A stretch of 64,000 nt of DNA from Octopus sinensis. Taxonomy: Eukaryota. A model generated the notes under the pieces. It had not been told where the DNA came from. It ran no database searches and was given only the letters and a program-made list of their open reading frames with translations. The first letter of the stretch is position 1, and each line of letters starts with the position of its first letter. The stretch lies in contig NC_043016.1 in NCBI RefSeq assembly GCF_006345805.1, positions 29,884,001-29,948,000 on the forward strand, read 5' to 3'. Shown here piece by piece: positions 1 through 11,548 of this stretch. Made by a program: the position numbers and the translations under genes.

Positions 1-215
1 GCAAGCTGACAGAATTGTTAACATGTCAGACAGAATGCTTAGTGGCATTTTTATTTTATTTTATTTATTTATTTATTTATTTTTTTGATGCCTTAAGTTC
101 CGAGTTCAAATTACACAAAGGTCAATTTTGCTTTTATCCTTCTAGCTTCAATAAAATAAAGTAGCTGTCAAGTACCCCTCCCACCAAAATTGCTAGCTTT
201 ATACCAAAGTTTCAA
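1..215 (+). mobile_element. Degenerate tRNA-derived SINE, family B (MetaSINE/MESC-like core)
   Basis: AGCTGACAGAATTGTTA...GAGTTCAAATT...GTCAATTTTGCTTTTATCCTT matches the copies at 2174 and 39091. The GACTTTGCCTTTCATCCTTTCGGGGTCGATAAA-type core resembles the Meta/MESC SINE domain. Confidence 0.7.
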
Positions 216-800
216 ACAATTATCATCACCATCATCAGCAGTAGTATTTTCAATAATTTAACAGAGTATATTAATTGATCTAATAAATTTTCTTACTCAA
301 TTCCTCTCACTCATCATAATGAATTCTCAATCAAATTTCAAATAATAAATTATGAATATGATTAATTAAATCTGCAAACATATTTCTTTGATTTTTGTCA
401 TTGTTGAGATAATGTTTGCAAAATATGATTAAAAAAAAAAACAAATCTACAAAAACTAAGTTAAAACAATATAAAATATTAATGACAGGACTATAATTGT
501 TAGTAGCTCATTAATTACAATGCTTTATGAAGGGTTTGTTTCTTTAGCAAGAGAATTCTAGTTTCCAAACTGAAAAGATCATCAAACCATTTGTATAAAA
601 CAACATATGAAAGCAGAATATTCCAGAAATCACTGAAGTATGATTATGAGGAACACAATAAAACAAGACATTATTTAGTATGAGTTCTTGAACCCATGAA
701 TGTAAAAAATAAATAAATAAATATAAGCTCACTGGATCCTATCAAACCATCCATCCATCCCATGCCAGTATAGAAAACTGACATTAAATAATGGTGATGG

Positions 801-834
<34 letters not shown>

Positions 835-1155
835 AGTGTAAAACTTATTATTAAAAGTGGCTAAACACTTCAAAGCTCATTATAAACAAATTCAAAAAAG
901 ATGAAATATCAAGAATGAAAATATTGTAACTTTTTAATTTAATTACAGACTAGATATATTTTTTCCCTTCATCAGATTTTAAGATAATTTATATCAAAAG
1001 TACACAAAAATTTCATGATAATCCTGCTTTGAGACTAAAATAAAGAAATAATGTTTTCTTATAAAAGTTTTGTATTTAAAAACAACAAAAAAAAAGATGA
1101 ATAAAATTAAATGAATACTTGACTGATGTTCATTTACTAATTAGTCATTGTCACA

Positions 1156-1365
1156 TTAACCCTTTAGCTTTTAAACCGGTGATACCCGACTCAAATAGTC
1201 TTCCTATTTTATGTTAAAACTGGCGAGATCTGGCCTCTCACACCTACCTTACAATGTCATTCTAAGAATAAACAAACAATCACATCATCGAAATCTCAAA
1301 GCTGTGAGATAATGCATGATTAATTCAAAATAATGTGAATAAATAAGCTTTACATTTGAAAAGAC
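1156..1365 (+). mobile_element. piggyBac-type MITE family 1, 3'-truncated
   Basis: Starts TTAA-CCCTTTAGC; body matches the complete copy at 36066-36290. Confidence 0.75.
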
Positions 1366-1423
1366 AGTTGCCATGGTAAAATTTATCAATTAAATTATTT
1401 AAAAACAACAACATAAAAACTAA

Positions 1424-1687
1424 ATTTACATTTGATGGATATTTGTCCTTTGTTGTTAACACGTTTCGGCTGATATACCCTCCAGCCTTCATCAGGTTTC
1501 TTGGGGAAATTTTGAACCTGGGTTCTCATTCCTATGGTATTTTTCAATGTTGTTGTTATTATTATTATTATTATTATTATTCAGGTCACTGCCTTGAATC
1601 GAACTCGGAATCTAGGGGTTACTATTGCCCGTGCTCTTAACCAAGATGAAGACAAATATCCGTCAAATGTAAATAATGTAAATAATT
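1424..1687 (-). mobile_element. tRNA-headed SINE-like element carrying a hammerhead motif, with an inverted copy of its tail
   Basis: Minus strand reads: tRNA-like head with B-box GTTCGATTC, (AAT)n, then CTGATGAaggctg..cagccGAAAcg. The 3' tail recurs inverted at about 1645-1687. A second copy is at 37562-37840. Confidence 0.75.
1459..1500 (-). ncRNA. Minimal type I hammerhead ribozyme motif (degenerate copy)
   Basis: Reverse complement: gaaac CTGATGA a ggctg gagggtatat cagcc GAAA cgtgtt. It has a 3-nt deletion near the cleavage site relative to the 37618 copy. Confidence 0.6.
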
Positions 1688-2173
1688 CCTTGAGGAGTGG
1701 GAGGGTTGATCTTGGAATGGTGAGTATCACAGATGTGATATCATTTCAAAGAAAGCTTTGTCAAAATGTTTTACGGCACTTAAGCTACCACAGTGAAACC
1801 ACATCACATGGAAAAAATAAAAAATAAAGAGATGTTATAACAATGATCAATAAAAAGGGATTTCTGTTTGCTGCTGTTGTTGCTCAGTCTCAGTCAATTC
1901 TGAGGAAGCAAGCATTCTAAACATGACCATCTCTTTTATTGTATCAAAAACTATATTATCTAATGTGCTCTCTCCTTTTGTCTAGTCTAAGATGGTAGTT
2001 TGCAGTTTGAGTTAATTGGCTGCTATTTTTAGCAGATTAAATGATCATATGCACAATGCTATGTTTGTGTGTAGTCTATAGAATCTTAAACTGAGACAAA
2101 GCCTCTGATTGAATGGAACAAAAGGCATTCTTATTGTTGTAACATGAAAATGTAAAGAGAAAAATCATTAAAA

Positions 2174-2405
2174 TGGCGAGGTAGTGAGCTGTCAGAATCG
2201 TTAGCAAGCTAGGAAAAATGCTTAGTGGCATTTCATCCATCCTTAGGTTCTGAGTTCAAATTCTGACGAGGCTGACTTTACCTTTTGGTGGTGATGGCGG
2301 GGGTGTCAGAGAAATAAGCACCAGTTGAGCACTGGGGTTGATGTAATCGGCTAGCCCTATCCCCCTTACTCCCACAAAATGTGAGGCCTTGTGCCTACAG
2401 TGGAA
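2174..2405 (+). mobile_element. tRNA-derived SINE family B
   Basis: GTGAGCTGTCAGAATCGTTAGC...TTCTGAGTTCAAATTC...ATAAGCACCAGTTGAGCACTGGGGTTGATG; homologous to 39091-39322. Confidence 0.75.
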
Positions 2406-2582
2406 ACAAAATGATGAGCTGAAGTGGATGGACATAACATAACATAAAATAAAATTAGCTGTATACAGTAAATAAGTAAATAAATAAATAATAGATATAA
2501 ATGAAATGATGAATGAAACTGAACAAGTTTGATAAATGCGATTTTACTGTATTTTCATCTCTTGTATCCATCAGAAATAATT

Positions 2583-3478
2583 ATTGAATTCAAGGTAACA
2601 AGAATGAAATATCAGTTCTGAATAAAGATATAACAACTGCTAATTGTTTAGAGTCAACAGATCTGTCTTTTATTCAAACACTTTAAGTAGGACTACATAA
2701 TCTAATGTGTCTGTTCAATTTTTTTAAACAGAGTATGCTTTGAGGGAAATTTAGGTGCTGTTTCTAGCAGGTAGAGTGACTGAACAGATGCTGTTTCATT
2801 GGCTTGTAGCTGTTGTTGATGTTAAGTGTTTAGGAACAACCTGTTTAGCCAGTACCTTGACTATGATGAGACTCTCTCAATAAAGGTGTTTGAATTGGGG
2901 TAAGTCAAATTTGTATACTATCCAATGGCAATATGTTTTGGTTCTAAATCTTAAGAGACAGAAAGACCGTATTTAAAGAACAGATCATGAAACCTACTGA
3001 AGTTATGTCATTGCTGACAATAGTCAAGGTTCAAGTGTCATTGTATACAGAAATAATGTGAGGCAGGAGGAAAAAAAAAACATATTGATAATAATAAGAG
3101 AACATGGATTGTAATACTGTAAACCAGAAGGATAAATCCTATTCTTTAATATATAGTTTCACAAATAGCAGTTATGTTTGTCTTTATCTTCTATCTTAAA
3201 CTCTAATCCAAAGATATTTGCCAAGTATCAACTTGAACCTACATTTGCTAAGAATTTTGCACTAAGACAAGCACTTGGATCACAAGGACAAATATAGAAA
3301 CAGCACCTAAATTTCCCTCAAAGCATACTCTGTTTAAAAAAATTGAACAGACACATTAGATTATGTAGTCCTACTTAAAGTGTTTGAATAAAAGACAGAT
3401 CTGTTGACTCTAAACAATTAGCAGTTGTTATATCTTTATTCAGAACTGATATTTCATTCTTGTTACCTTGAATTCAAT
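2583..3478. repeat. 184-bp inverted duplication (arms 2583-2766 and 3295-3478, spacer about 528 bp)
   Basis: The arm ATTGAATTCAAGGTAAC...GGTGCTGTTTCTA is the reverse complement of TAGAAACAGCACC...GTTACCTTGAATTCAAT; no mismatch seen by eye. Confidence 0.95.
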
Positions 3479-3928
3479 TATGGAAAAAAGGGGGTTAATA
3501 AGATGTTAAAAGTAAGAAGGATAAATCAGAATAAAATTCTATCCACTGGGATAAAAAAGATAAGCAGCTTAAACATATTAAATGTGATAATTTAAAGTAT
3601 TTTAACAAAAAATTTTTACTTTAAATATTATAATAATCTTTTGTCCTAGACATTTTTGTAAGGCTTTGGACACATATTTAAACAATATAGTATAGATAAA
3701 TGTAAAAAATAGATGTATGTACATGTGAGAAAGATATATATATATGTGTGTGAGTGAAATAAATAAATACATAGGTGAATTATATCTATCTGTCTGTCTG
3801 CCTGCCTGTCTCTCTGTCTATCTATCTATCGATCTATCTATCTATCAATCCACCTATATACACACATGTGTGTGAAAATAAGATATATGTATATGTATGT
3901 GAAAGATAGATATGTAGAAAAGACATGT

Positions 3929-3977
<49 letters not shown>

Positions 3978-4345
3978 CTTTATTCACCATAAGGTTGAGA
4001 AAAAGAGGGGACAATACGGGGACAGACAAAACAAATGTTGGGGTCAGGGTATCGAATGAGAAACGTATGAAGAGATTGAAAGAAAGCTCCTTTGCAAATA
4101 AAATGTATTTATATTTATAGACAAAGAAGCATGCTTGAATGTGCACATTTGCAAACTAATTCAAATAAGCACGCACACTTATGCACGTGTGTGTGTGTGT
4201 GTGTAAGCATGTGCATACAATATCTGCCATCTAGTATTCCACAGATACTCCTCTACATTCCCTCATATAAAACCATCGCATCATAAACACAGCGTCACAC
4301 ATCTTACACCTTATATAATCTAATGAACAACAGCATATCCAGCAC

Positions 4346-4390
<45 letters not shown>

Positions 4391-4864
4391 CACATACCTT
4401 ACCATGCTTCAACATACAGCTAACACATACTTCATACGGTCGTCTGCATAACCATACACCAACTTATACATTCGTGTGTGTGTGTGGACAGTGTAAGATA
4501 GTTTAATGTAAAGGGTCATATGTAACCCTTTATGTTTACTACCATATATCATCATCATCATATATCCAAACACAGTCATCTATATACAGTACCATACACC
4601 ACGACACATCTTAACACACCTTCTATATACACTGCCATACATCATGACACACCTTATACAAAGTATAACGTTCTCAACATTGACTCCCAAAACACACACT
4701 TTCATACATTACATGCCCACATTTCACTACCATGCACTATCAAATGTCTTCTATTTGTACAAAGAGGAAATAACTGAAAACGATACACCTCTCCTTCTTT
4801 ATCTCTGAACACAATGCTATCAAAACACGGACTACAGAACTTTCTACAACTTCCAGCACATCAC

Positions 4865-5146
4865 ATACTCTTACTCTTTTCTCTTTTACTTATTTCAGTC
4901 ATTTGACTGTGGCCATGCTGGAGCACCGCCTTTAATCGAGCAACTCGACCCCAGGACTTATTCTTTTGTAAGCCCAGTACTTATTCTATCGGTCTCTTTT
5001 GCCGAACCGCTAAGTAACGGGGACATAAACACACCAGCATCAGTTGTCAAGCAATGCTAGGGGGACAAACACATACACACACACATATATATATACATAT
5101 ATACGACGGGCTTCTTTCAGTTTCGGTCTACCAAATCCACTCACAA
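4865..5146 (-). mobile_element. tRNA-derived SINE family A (octopus CORE-like SINE), 5'-truncated
   Basis: TTTCAGTCATTTGACTGTGGCCATGCTGGAGCACCGCC...CCAAATCCACTCACAAG; near-identical to 48843-49252. Confidence 0.85.
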
Positions 5147-5302
5147 GACATGCTCAGTCAAGTAGGGAAATTACCACATGGTTGCTTGAAATAGCATCCA
5201 AATCAATCTCAAAAAGGGGGGATGGACATATAGGATAATGTATCAATGTAGTCCTAGATATGTAATGTCCAAGATGACAGGATGTTCATATCTACAACAC
5301 AT

Positions 5303-5542
5303 TTAACCCTTCAACATTCAGACTATTCACTCAAATATAAAGTTTATTTATTCATATTGTTTTGAATTAATTCTGTATTATCTTGTAGCTTTGATATTTC
5401 AATGATGTCATAGTTTATTTTTACTCTGACATTGTAAGGTGTGTGTATGTGTGAGAGAGAGAAGTTAGATCTGGTCAGTTTGAACATAAAATAGATACAA
5501 TATTTTGGCTGAATATGACTGGTTTAATTGCTAATGGGTTAA
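5303..5542 (-). mobile_element. piggyBac-type MITE family 1
   Basis: TTAA-CCCT...GGG-TTAA termini; reverse complement of the 36066 copy. Confidence 0.75.
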
Positions 5543-6287
5543 TCATGTCTGACCATAGCACTAATTACTTCAATACATCTGATACACCTAAATTACTTAA
5601 GAATCAGCTGCTCTTATTGGTTTTTCTCATTTTTTAAAAATAATGATTACATTTCAGGACTCTTTAGCGTAACTGATTTCTCAACGCGCACACACACATA
5701 TACATAAATACAAACATGCATGTGCATGCACACACACAAACACAATTACATGTCAACAACAAGACCAAGGTAAAGTGCCTTGGGAAAGGGAGCATTCTCT
5801 ATACAAAAAACGGAGTAGGATTTCACATAGGTAATATATTGATTTGAAAAAAAATCTTCAATTATCTGACATCATCTAAACAATACACAGAAATTTCTTT
5901 TAGACATGTTTAAAATCTTTAATAAAAAAAAAGATAAAAGGAAAGGTGCCAACTTCAAAACTAGCACATCACTAAACCGTTTAGACAATACAGACAATGG
6001 GAGTAGATCTGGTCTAGTCTTTAAAACAAAATGGTGAAAATAATAGACACATTTTCAATCTAATTAGATCTCTTTAGTGAACATATGTTCTATCCAGTCA
6101 GAAAGATTAAAAGGCGAGGGTGGGACATTCTTAATTAATTAATTTTACCCTTTGTTATTATATATATAATATATATCTATTTACAGATTTACAGATTTGA
6201 TAAATTCCTCTATTTTACATAATATCGAGGTCTCTTTCTTTCTTTTGTTATCTTACCATTTTTATCAATATATATATATATGTAAAA

Positions 6288-6640
6288 GACAGAGGGTGTT
6301 AGAATACCTACAATGCTAGAAATAAGAGCTAAAGTGCTCTGCTACAGCAGTCAATGCACATAATTGTATACATACATACTGACAGCGACAGAAAACAGCT
6401 GAAAGTGGCTGTTATGACATCCCTATAACATTGATGGTTTTGGCTTAAAGACTGCTGACAATGTTGTCTAGAAACTGGTGAGTTGTGCTGACCTTGTTGA
6501 TAGTACAAGGACTGCCATTTTTGGCTGTTTATAGTCGCTGTCAGTGTGTATATGTGTATATAATTATGTATGTTGACTGCAACATCAGAGCACTTTAAGC
6601 TCTTATTTCTAGCATTGTAGCTATTTTAACAGCCTCAGTC
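6288..6640. repeat. Fold-back element (arms about 6288-6412 and 6511-6640)
   Basis: CTACAATGCTAGAAATAAGAGCT pairs with AGCTCTTATTTCTAGCATTGTAG; CTGACAGCGAC pairs with GTCGCTGTCAG. Confidence 0.85.
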
Positions 6641-6699
6641 ATATTTAATGACAATTATAGTTTTCCTTTTTCTGATACATTGCTAAACAGCTGTCTAAG

Positions 6700-6945
6700 T
6701 GCTGCTGGACTGGCTCCTGTGCAGGTGGCACGTAAAAAGCACCATTTGAGCGTGGCCGTTGCCAGTACCACCAAACTGGCCCTAGTGCTGGTGACACGTA
6801 AAAGCACCCACTACACTCACGGAGTGGTTGGCGTTAGGAAGGGCATCCAGCTGCAGAAACTCTGCCAAATCAGACTGGAGTCTGATTCACCAGACCTCAG
6901 TCAAATCGTCCAACCCATGCTAAACGGATGTTAAATGATGATGAT
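6700..6945 (+). mobile_element. RTE-LINE-related 3'-end repeat (family C) with (GAT)n tail
   Basis: GTGGTTGGCGTTAGGAAGGGCATCCAGCTG...CCAACCCATGC...GATGATGAT. Other copies lie near 10358-10482, 11600-11770(-), 16300-16655, 21300-21510, 34780-34960(-), 36540-36810, 39395-39495, 47260-47395(-), 60245-60400 and 62600-62810. Confidence 0.75.
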
Positions 6946-7558
6946 ATATGTATGTATGTATGGAGAATATAGTGAAATTGATTATGGATATCAACAATAT
7001 GGCTGAAGAAAAATATCTCTGGGAAGTATTCCTCATATTAGATACATTTCACATATTTGAGAAGGCAATAATCCATCAACTGAAATAATGCAATATTAGA
7101 AAACAAGAACTTTTAGAGACGTTAAAGTCTAAGAAAAGAAAGAAAAAAAAAAACAGCAACAGGGTAACTAAAGATCAGTTGATTAAAACTTTTGTACAAT
7201 TCAGATAATGATGCAGACTGGGTTTCAAAGCCATATATACACAACCATGCCCGTTCTTACACATACATACTACTTTACACTATCTCAAATCTTCCACCTC
7301 ATGTGGTTTTACGTCACACAGAGTCCTCTATATTCACTAGCATACACTAGTACATATCGTTCACACACCACATGCATACCTTCACTTCATATAACCTTCA
7401 ACATCCAATTATTATATACCATACATCTTACACACACTACATACAAATCTCTACATACATTAAAATATACAGACTTCTACATGCATTGCTATATGGTATC
7501 ACAGGTTACACATACTGCACCCCATTGACTATATACACCGACATACATACACACTTTA

Positions 7559-7735
7559 TATAAGGTGGTACTGGAAAGTTCCTTTGAGTAAAAGAAAATA
7601 CAGGAGGATCAGTTAATCATGATTTTATTCAACATATTCCTCTTCCAGATTCACAAACTTATTGCAGTGATCCTTCAGTTTTTTGAAGCCCTGTAAAAGA
7701 ACTGAGGAGGTTGGGTCTCCAACCAAGCCTATCAC
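7559..7735 (+). mobile_element. Tc1/mariner-type MITE, partial
   Basis: Matches the left part of the complete copy at 25865-26085; another partial copy at 27440-27555. Confidence 0.65.
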
Positions 7736-8110
7736 ATTTTCACACTGACAAAAATGTCATGTGTACTTCTATCATCACAGTGATAAATAGATAGGATCAA
7801 ATATTAAATGTCCTATTAAGACCTTACCAAAAATTTAAGCCAATACGGAATATAAATAAAATAAAATTTAACTTCTAAAAATTAAGCAGCTGAACATGCA
7901 ATGTATTACAATGTTTTACCACTGGAAGTCATTAAACATTTAAATTTAAACATAAAGAAGCTTGATTGTGGCCTTGTTAAGATTGTAAAACAGAAAACAG
8001 TTGTTTTTCTCTAACATAACATGATTATCTTCCAATAGGCTATAATTAGAATACAATAATCTCTGCCTCTACTTCTGACACTTCACTGGTCTATCAACTT
8101 CAATAACACA

Positions 8111-8119
8111 TCTATCTAC

Positions 8120-8193
<74 letters not shown>

Positions 8194-8242
8194 GTCTATC
8201 TATCTGTCTATTTATCTCTGTCTATCTATGTCTGTCTATCTA

Positions 8243-8327
<85 letters not shown>

Positions 8328-8328
8328 C

Positions 8329-8362
<34 letters not shown>

Positions 8363-8400
8363 AGTCTGTCCCACTGTCTGCCTGTCTATCTATCTACCAA
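8111..8400. repeat. Compound (TATC)n/(TGTC)n microsatellite
   Basis: Direct reading; it explains the spurious SVCL-repeat ORFs. Confidence 0.98.
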
Positions 8401-8468
8401 CCTACCTACATGTCTACCTACTTATCCTGTACATATATATGTGCATATATACATTTGTGAGAGTTAAG

Positions 8469-8610
8469 CTGTGTGGCCTAGAAGTTAGGGTGTTATGCTG
8501 TTGATTCTAATACTGGTGGTATGTTGTGTTCTTAAGCAAAACACTTCATTTCATATTATTCCAGTCTATTCTACTGTAAGTGGGTAAACCTTGTGACAGA
8601 TTGGCATCAT
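8469..8610 (+). mobile_element. tRNA-derived SINE family D, degenerate
   Basis: TTAGGGTGTT...TTGTGTTCTTAAGCAAAACACTTCATTTCA; homologues at 30775-31016(-), 42710-42984(-) and 48284-48420(+). Confidence 0.6.
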
Positions 8611-8699
8611 TTAATATATACATATATATATTAAATAAAATGAGACGAACAAAGCCAAGGCTGTGTGGATTTTTCAGGACATTTATAAAGAGAAAGATA

Positions 8700-8747
8700 G
8701 TCTTACAGTGGTTTCTGGGATATTAGGGATATTCCTTCATCAGAGAC
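8700..8747 (-). ncRNA. Minimal hammerhead motif, decayed; same family as 26181-26228
   Basis: Reverse complement: gtct CTGATGA aggaatat ccct aatatcc ca GAAA ccactg TA agac. The flank (8640-8690) matches the arm of the 26121 fold-back. Confidence 0.6.
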
Positions 8748-9011
8748 ATTACCTGCTACCTTGGGTCTTCTGGATACCAATATCTCTCTATATATATATA
8801 TATTAGATATTTCTTGTGTGTACAGCTAGATATACATCTAGTACCAGTGAGATTAGAGCTAACAATTGCACATGGAACACTACAGAGGGTGCAAATAATG
8901 GCAATAGTGAAATATATGTAGGGAAAAAAGAATATAAACTGCAAGCACATTTTTTTGTTAATCTTACCTTAACAGAACAATAAACTGTGTATGTATGTAT
9001 CTATGTATGTA

Positions 9012-9070
<59 letters not shown>

Positions 9071-10574
9071 TATATGTAGATATCTGCTTCCATATTTCCT
9101 GAGCGCCTATAATAATAATACTGTAATTGTTCCACTGTTGTTGTTTTTTTGTTTTCCCCGTTTGGATTAAAATTATATATATATATATATATATATGGTG
9201 AATATAATAGTAAAGAATAAGGGATTAGGTTAATGAAAGAAAATTTCAATTGTATACATCCAGAGTATCCAGTTATATATAGCAACTCAACTGCTGAATT
9301 TCCAGAATCACCCAACCTTAACCAAAATAAGTAATTTAAATAACATAAAATAATTAGCCCCAAATGAGATTAATTAATCATAAATTACATGTACAGATCT
9401 GTTCATCATATGCCTTCAAGAGGTATGCATGAAACATGCAACACAGAGAGGCTTTTTTATGTGGTGTATTCTGTGAACATAATGGTCTTTAAGTAAAACC
9501 TGGAGAGATGGACAAGAGAAGGCAAAGATCAATGCTATAAACTCTTTGCCAAGAGATATAAATAGCAAGATTAAAATGTGTGTGCTTTATAGAATGTTGA
9601 CTTCAATATAAACATACATAGATGTACAAAATTTCAATAAAAATTTCATATAGCATATGCCTCAGTGACAATTTTGATACAACCTAATGGACTATTTTCT
9701 GAGGAAAAAAAAATACACACATGATATTGAGGTATCAATGAATGCAAACCATTTGTTAAGAAGTGTCTAATCTAATCAGAAATAGTAGGAAAACAATAAT
9801 TAGTGGGATAGAAAATACTAACTTGATGAACTGATACATGGTTGAAAGAGAAACTAAGAAATTAGAAACAAGAGATTATATATATATATATATATATACA
9901 TATATATAGACATATATTCATATATATATATATAGACATATATTCATATATATAGACATATATTCATATATATATATATAGACATATATTCATATATATT
10001 ATATATTATATATATATATATTATATATATATATATTCATATACATATATATATCAAGAATCTTGCAAAACGAATATATAAACATATATATATATTATAT
10101 ATATATATAAACATATATATATAAACATATATACACATAGACACATACATATATATGTACAGAGAGAGAGGGAGAGTTTATATATATACACACACATAAA
10201 CACACACGAGTGTGTGTGTGTGTAAGTGTATAATGAAAGTACTGTTATTCAATAAGTTGTAACAGTACAAAATCTCAGACCTTTGAATTCCTAAAATATT
10301 TGTTAATTTCTTTCTTTCTTTGCAATTATTTTAACATATATATATATATATATATGCCGTAGAAACATTGCCAGATCAGACTGGGCTTGGTGCAGCCTTC
10401 TGGCTTCCCAGATCCCAGTTGAACCATCCAACCCATGCTAGCTTGGAAAGCGGATGCTAAACGATGATGATGATGATGATGATATACTGAAATATTTAAA
10501 ACAACTCAACATTTCTTTTTGTAAATAATTAAATCCTTACGAATTCTTCAACAAAAAAAAAACAAACGACATAC

Positions 10575-10849
10575 TTTGATCCATTGAGAAAGGATTTGTT
10601 GCTGGGCTCCTTTTCGCAGGGCGGATCAACATCCTTCCTGGGCAAGTTATGGCCATTTGAAGGAGAATCCAAATGATGAGGTGTCTTTCTCAGCGAAATC
10701 CCTCGACGTTCGGCAGCATTCCTTACGATTTGTGACCATTTCTTCTTCGGTTTAAGACAGCTGCTAAAGCTTTCCATCTTACTTGACATCCTTTTAGGCT
10801 CCATCCGTTGTATAAAAGCATACCAACGAAAACGTCTCTGATCCACCAT
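10575..10849 (-). CDS. Probable first coding exon (exon 10575-10882) of an unidentified gene; N-terminal peptide resembles the RTE retrotransposon C-terminal domain
   Basis: Acceptor ttattgtcctctgtAG, in-frame stop upstream of AGCATGG, 91 uninterrupted codons (MVDQRRFRWYAFIQRMEPKR...KPKKKWSQIVRN...), donor AA|GTATGT at 10574. CpGs are retained, unlike the flanks. Confidence 0.55.
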
Positions 10850-10902
10850 GCTTACTGCATCATTGTTTAGACTAGTTTACAGCTACAGAGGACAATAAGG
10901 TG

Positions 10903-10937
<35 letters not shown>

Positions 10938-11398
10938 ATGTTTTTTGCTTTCTTTTTTTTTTTTATTGTCAGGTGCCAAATAAGCCTAAGCTAATCTGCT
11001 ATAAAATTCATTATCCCAGTTCACCTTGGACCAGCCATCCAAACAATCTAATCAATAACAAAGTATTTTGTAGTTGGCTCAGCTAAATGGATCTTGATCA
11101 TAAGATTTAAACATTTGTCATGAGTGTGAGTGTGTGTGCGTATGTGGTGTATGTGTGTGTGCTGGGGGGGTGGGGGTGGATATAATTGTTTTCGAATGCT
11201 CAAGAAAATAATATTCAGATTCAGCATAAAAATTAATTGAAGCACTTGTTTCTCAAACAAGCAAGTAATAAATAAATAAATAAATATATATATAAATAAA
11301 TAAATAAATAAGTAAAAAAAGAGAGAAAAATACAAAAGGACTGAAATGATAAATTTGGTAAATTTATCACAGCATGTCAAGATATAGACAGGTCTTAC

Positions 11399-11548
11399 TA
11401 ACAAGAAAAGTAGCAATTTCTCTATCCAAAGCACTAAATTACAGAAACCAGCGATAATCTTTGTGTGTATTTTTATTGTCAGCTGTTGGAAACATTCAAA
11501 CAGGTTCTCCAATCTTAGGATAATTTACTGCCACTAGTCTCAGAGACC
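11399..11548 (-). other. Candidate non-coding (5'UTR) exon
   Basis: Acceptor ccttttcAG and donor GTAAGA; 150 nt with stops in all three frames; lies between the putative promoter and the ATG exon. Confidence 0.35.

Noticed and set aside
961-980. CTGATGA-agg-GAAA on the minus strand
   Set aside because: No stem II, stem III or stem I pairing; a chance core match. The same applies to CTGATGA at about 36415, 36874, 38917, 48001 and 52766.
8228-8467. ORFs with SVCL, CVCV, HTHT, YIYI or ERER repeats here and throughout
   Set aside because: They are translations of microsatellites and SINE bodies.
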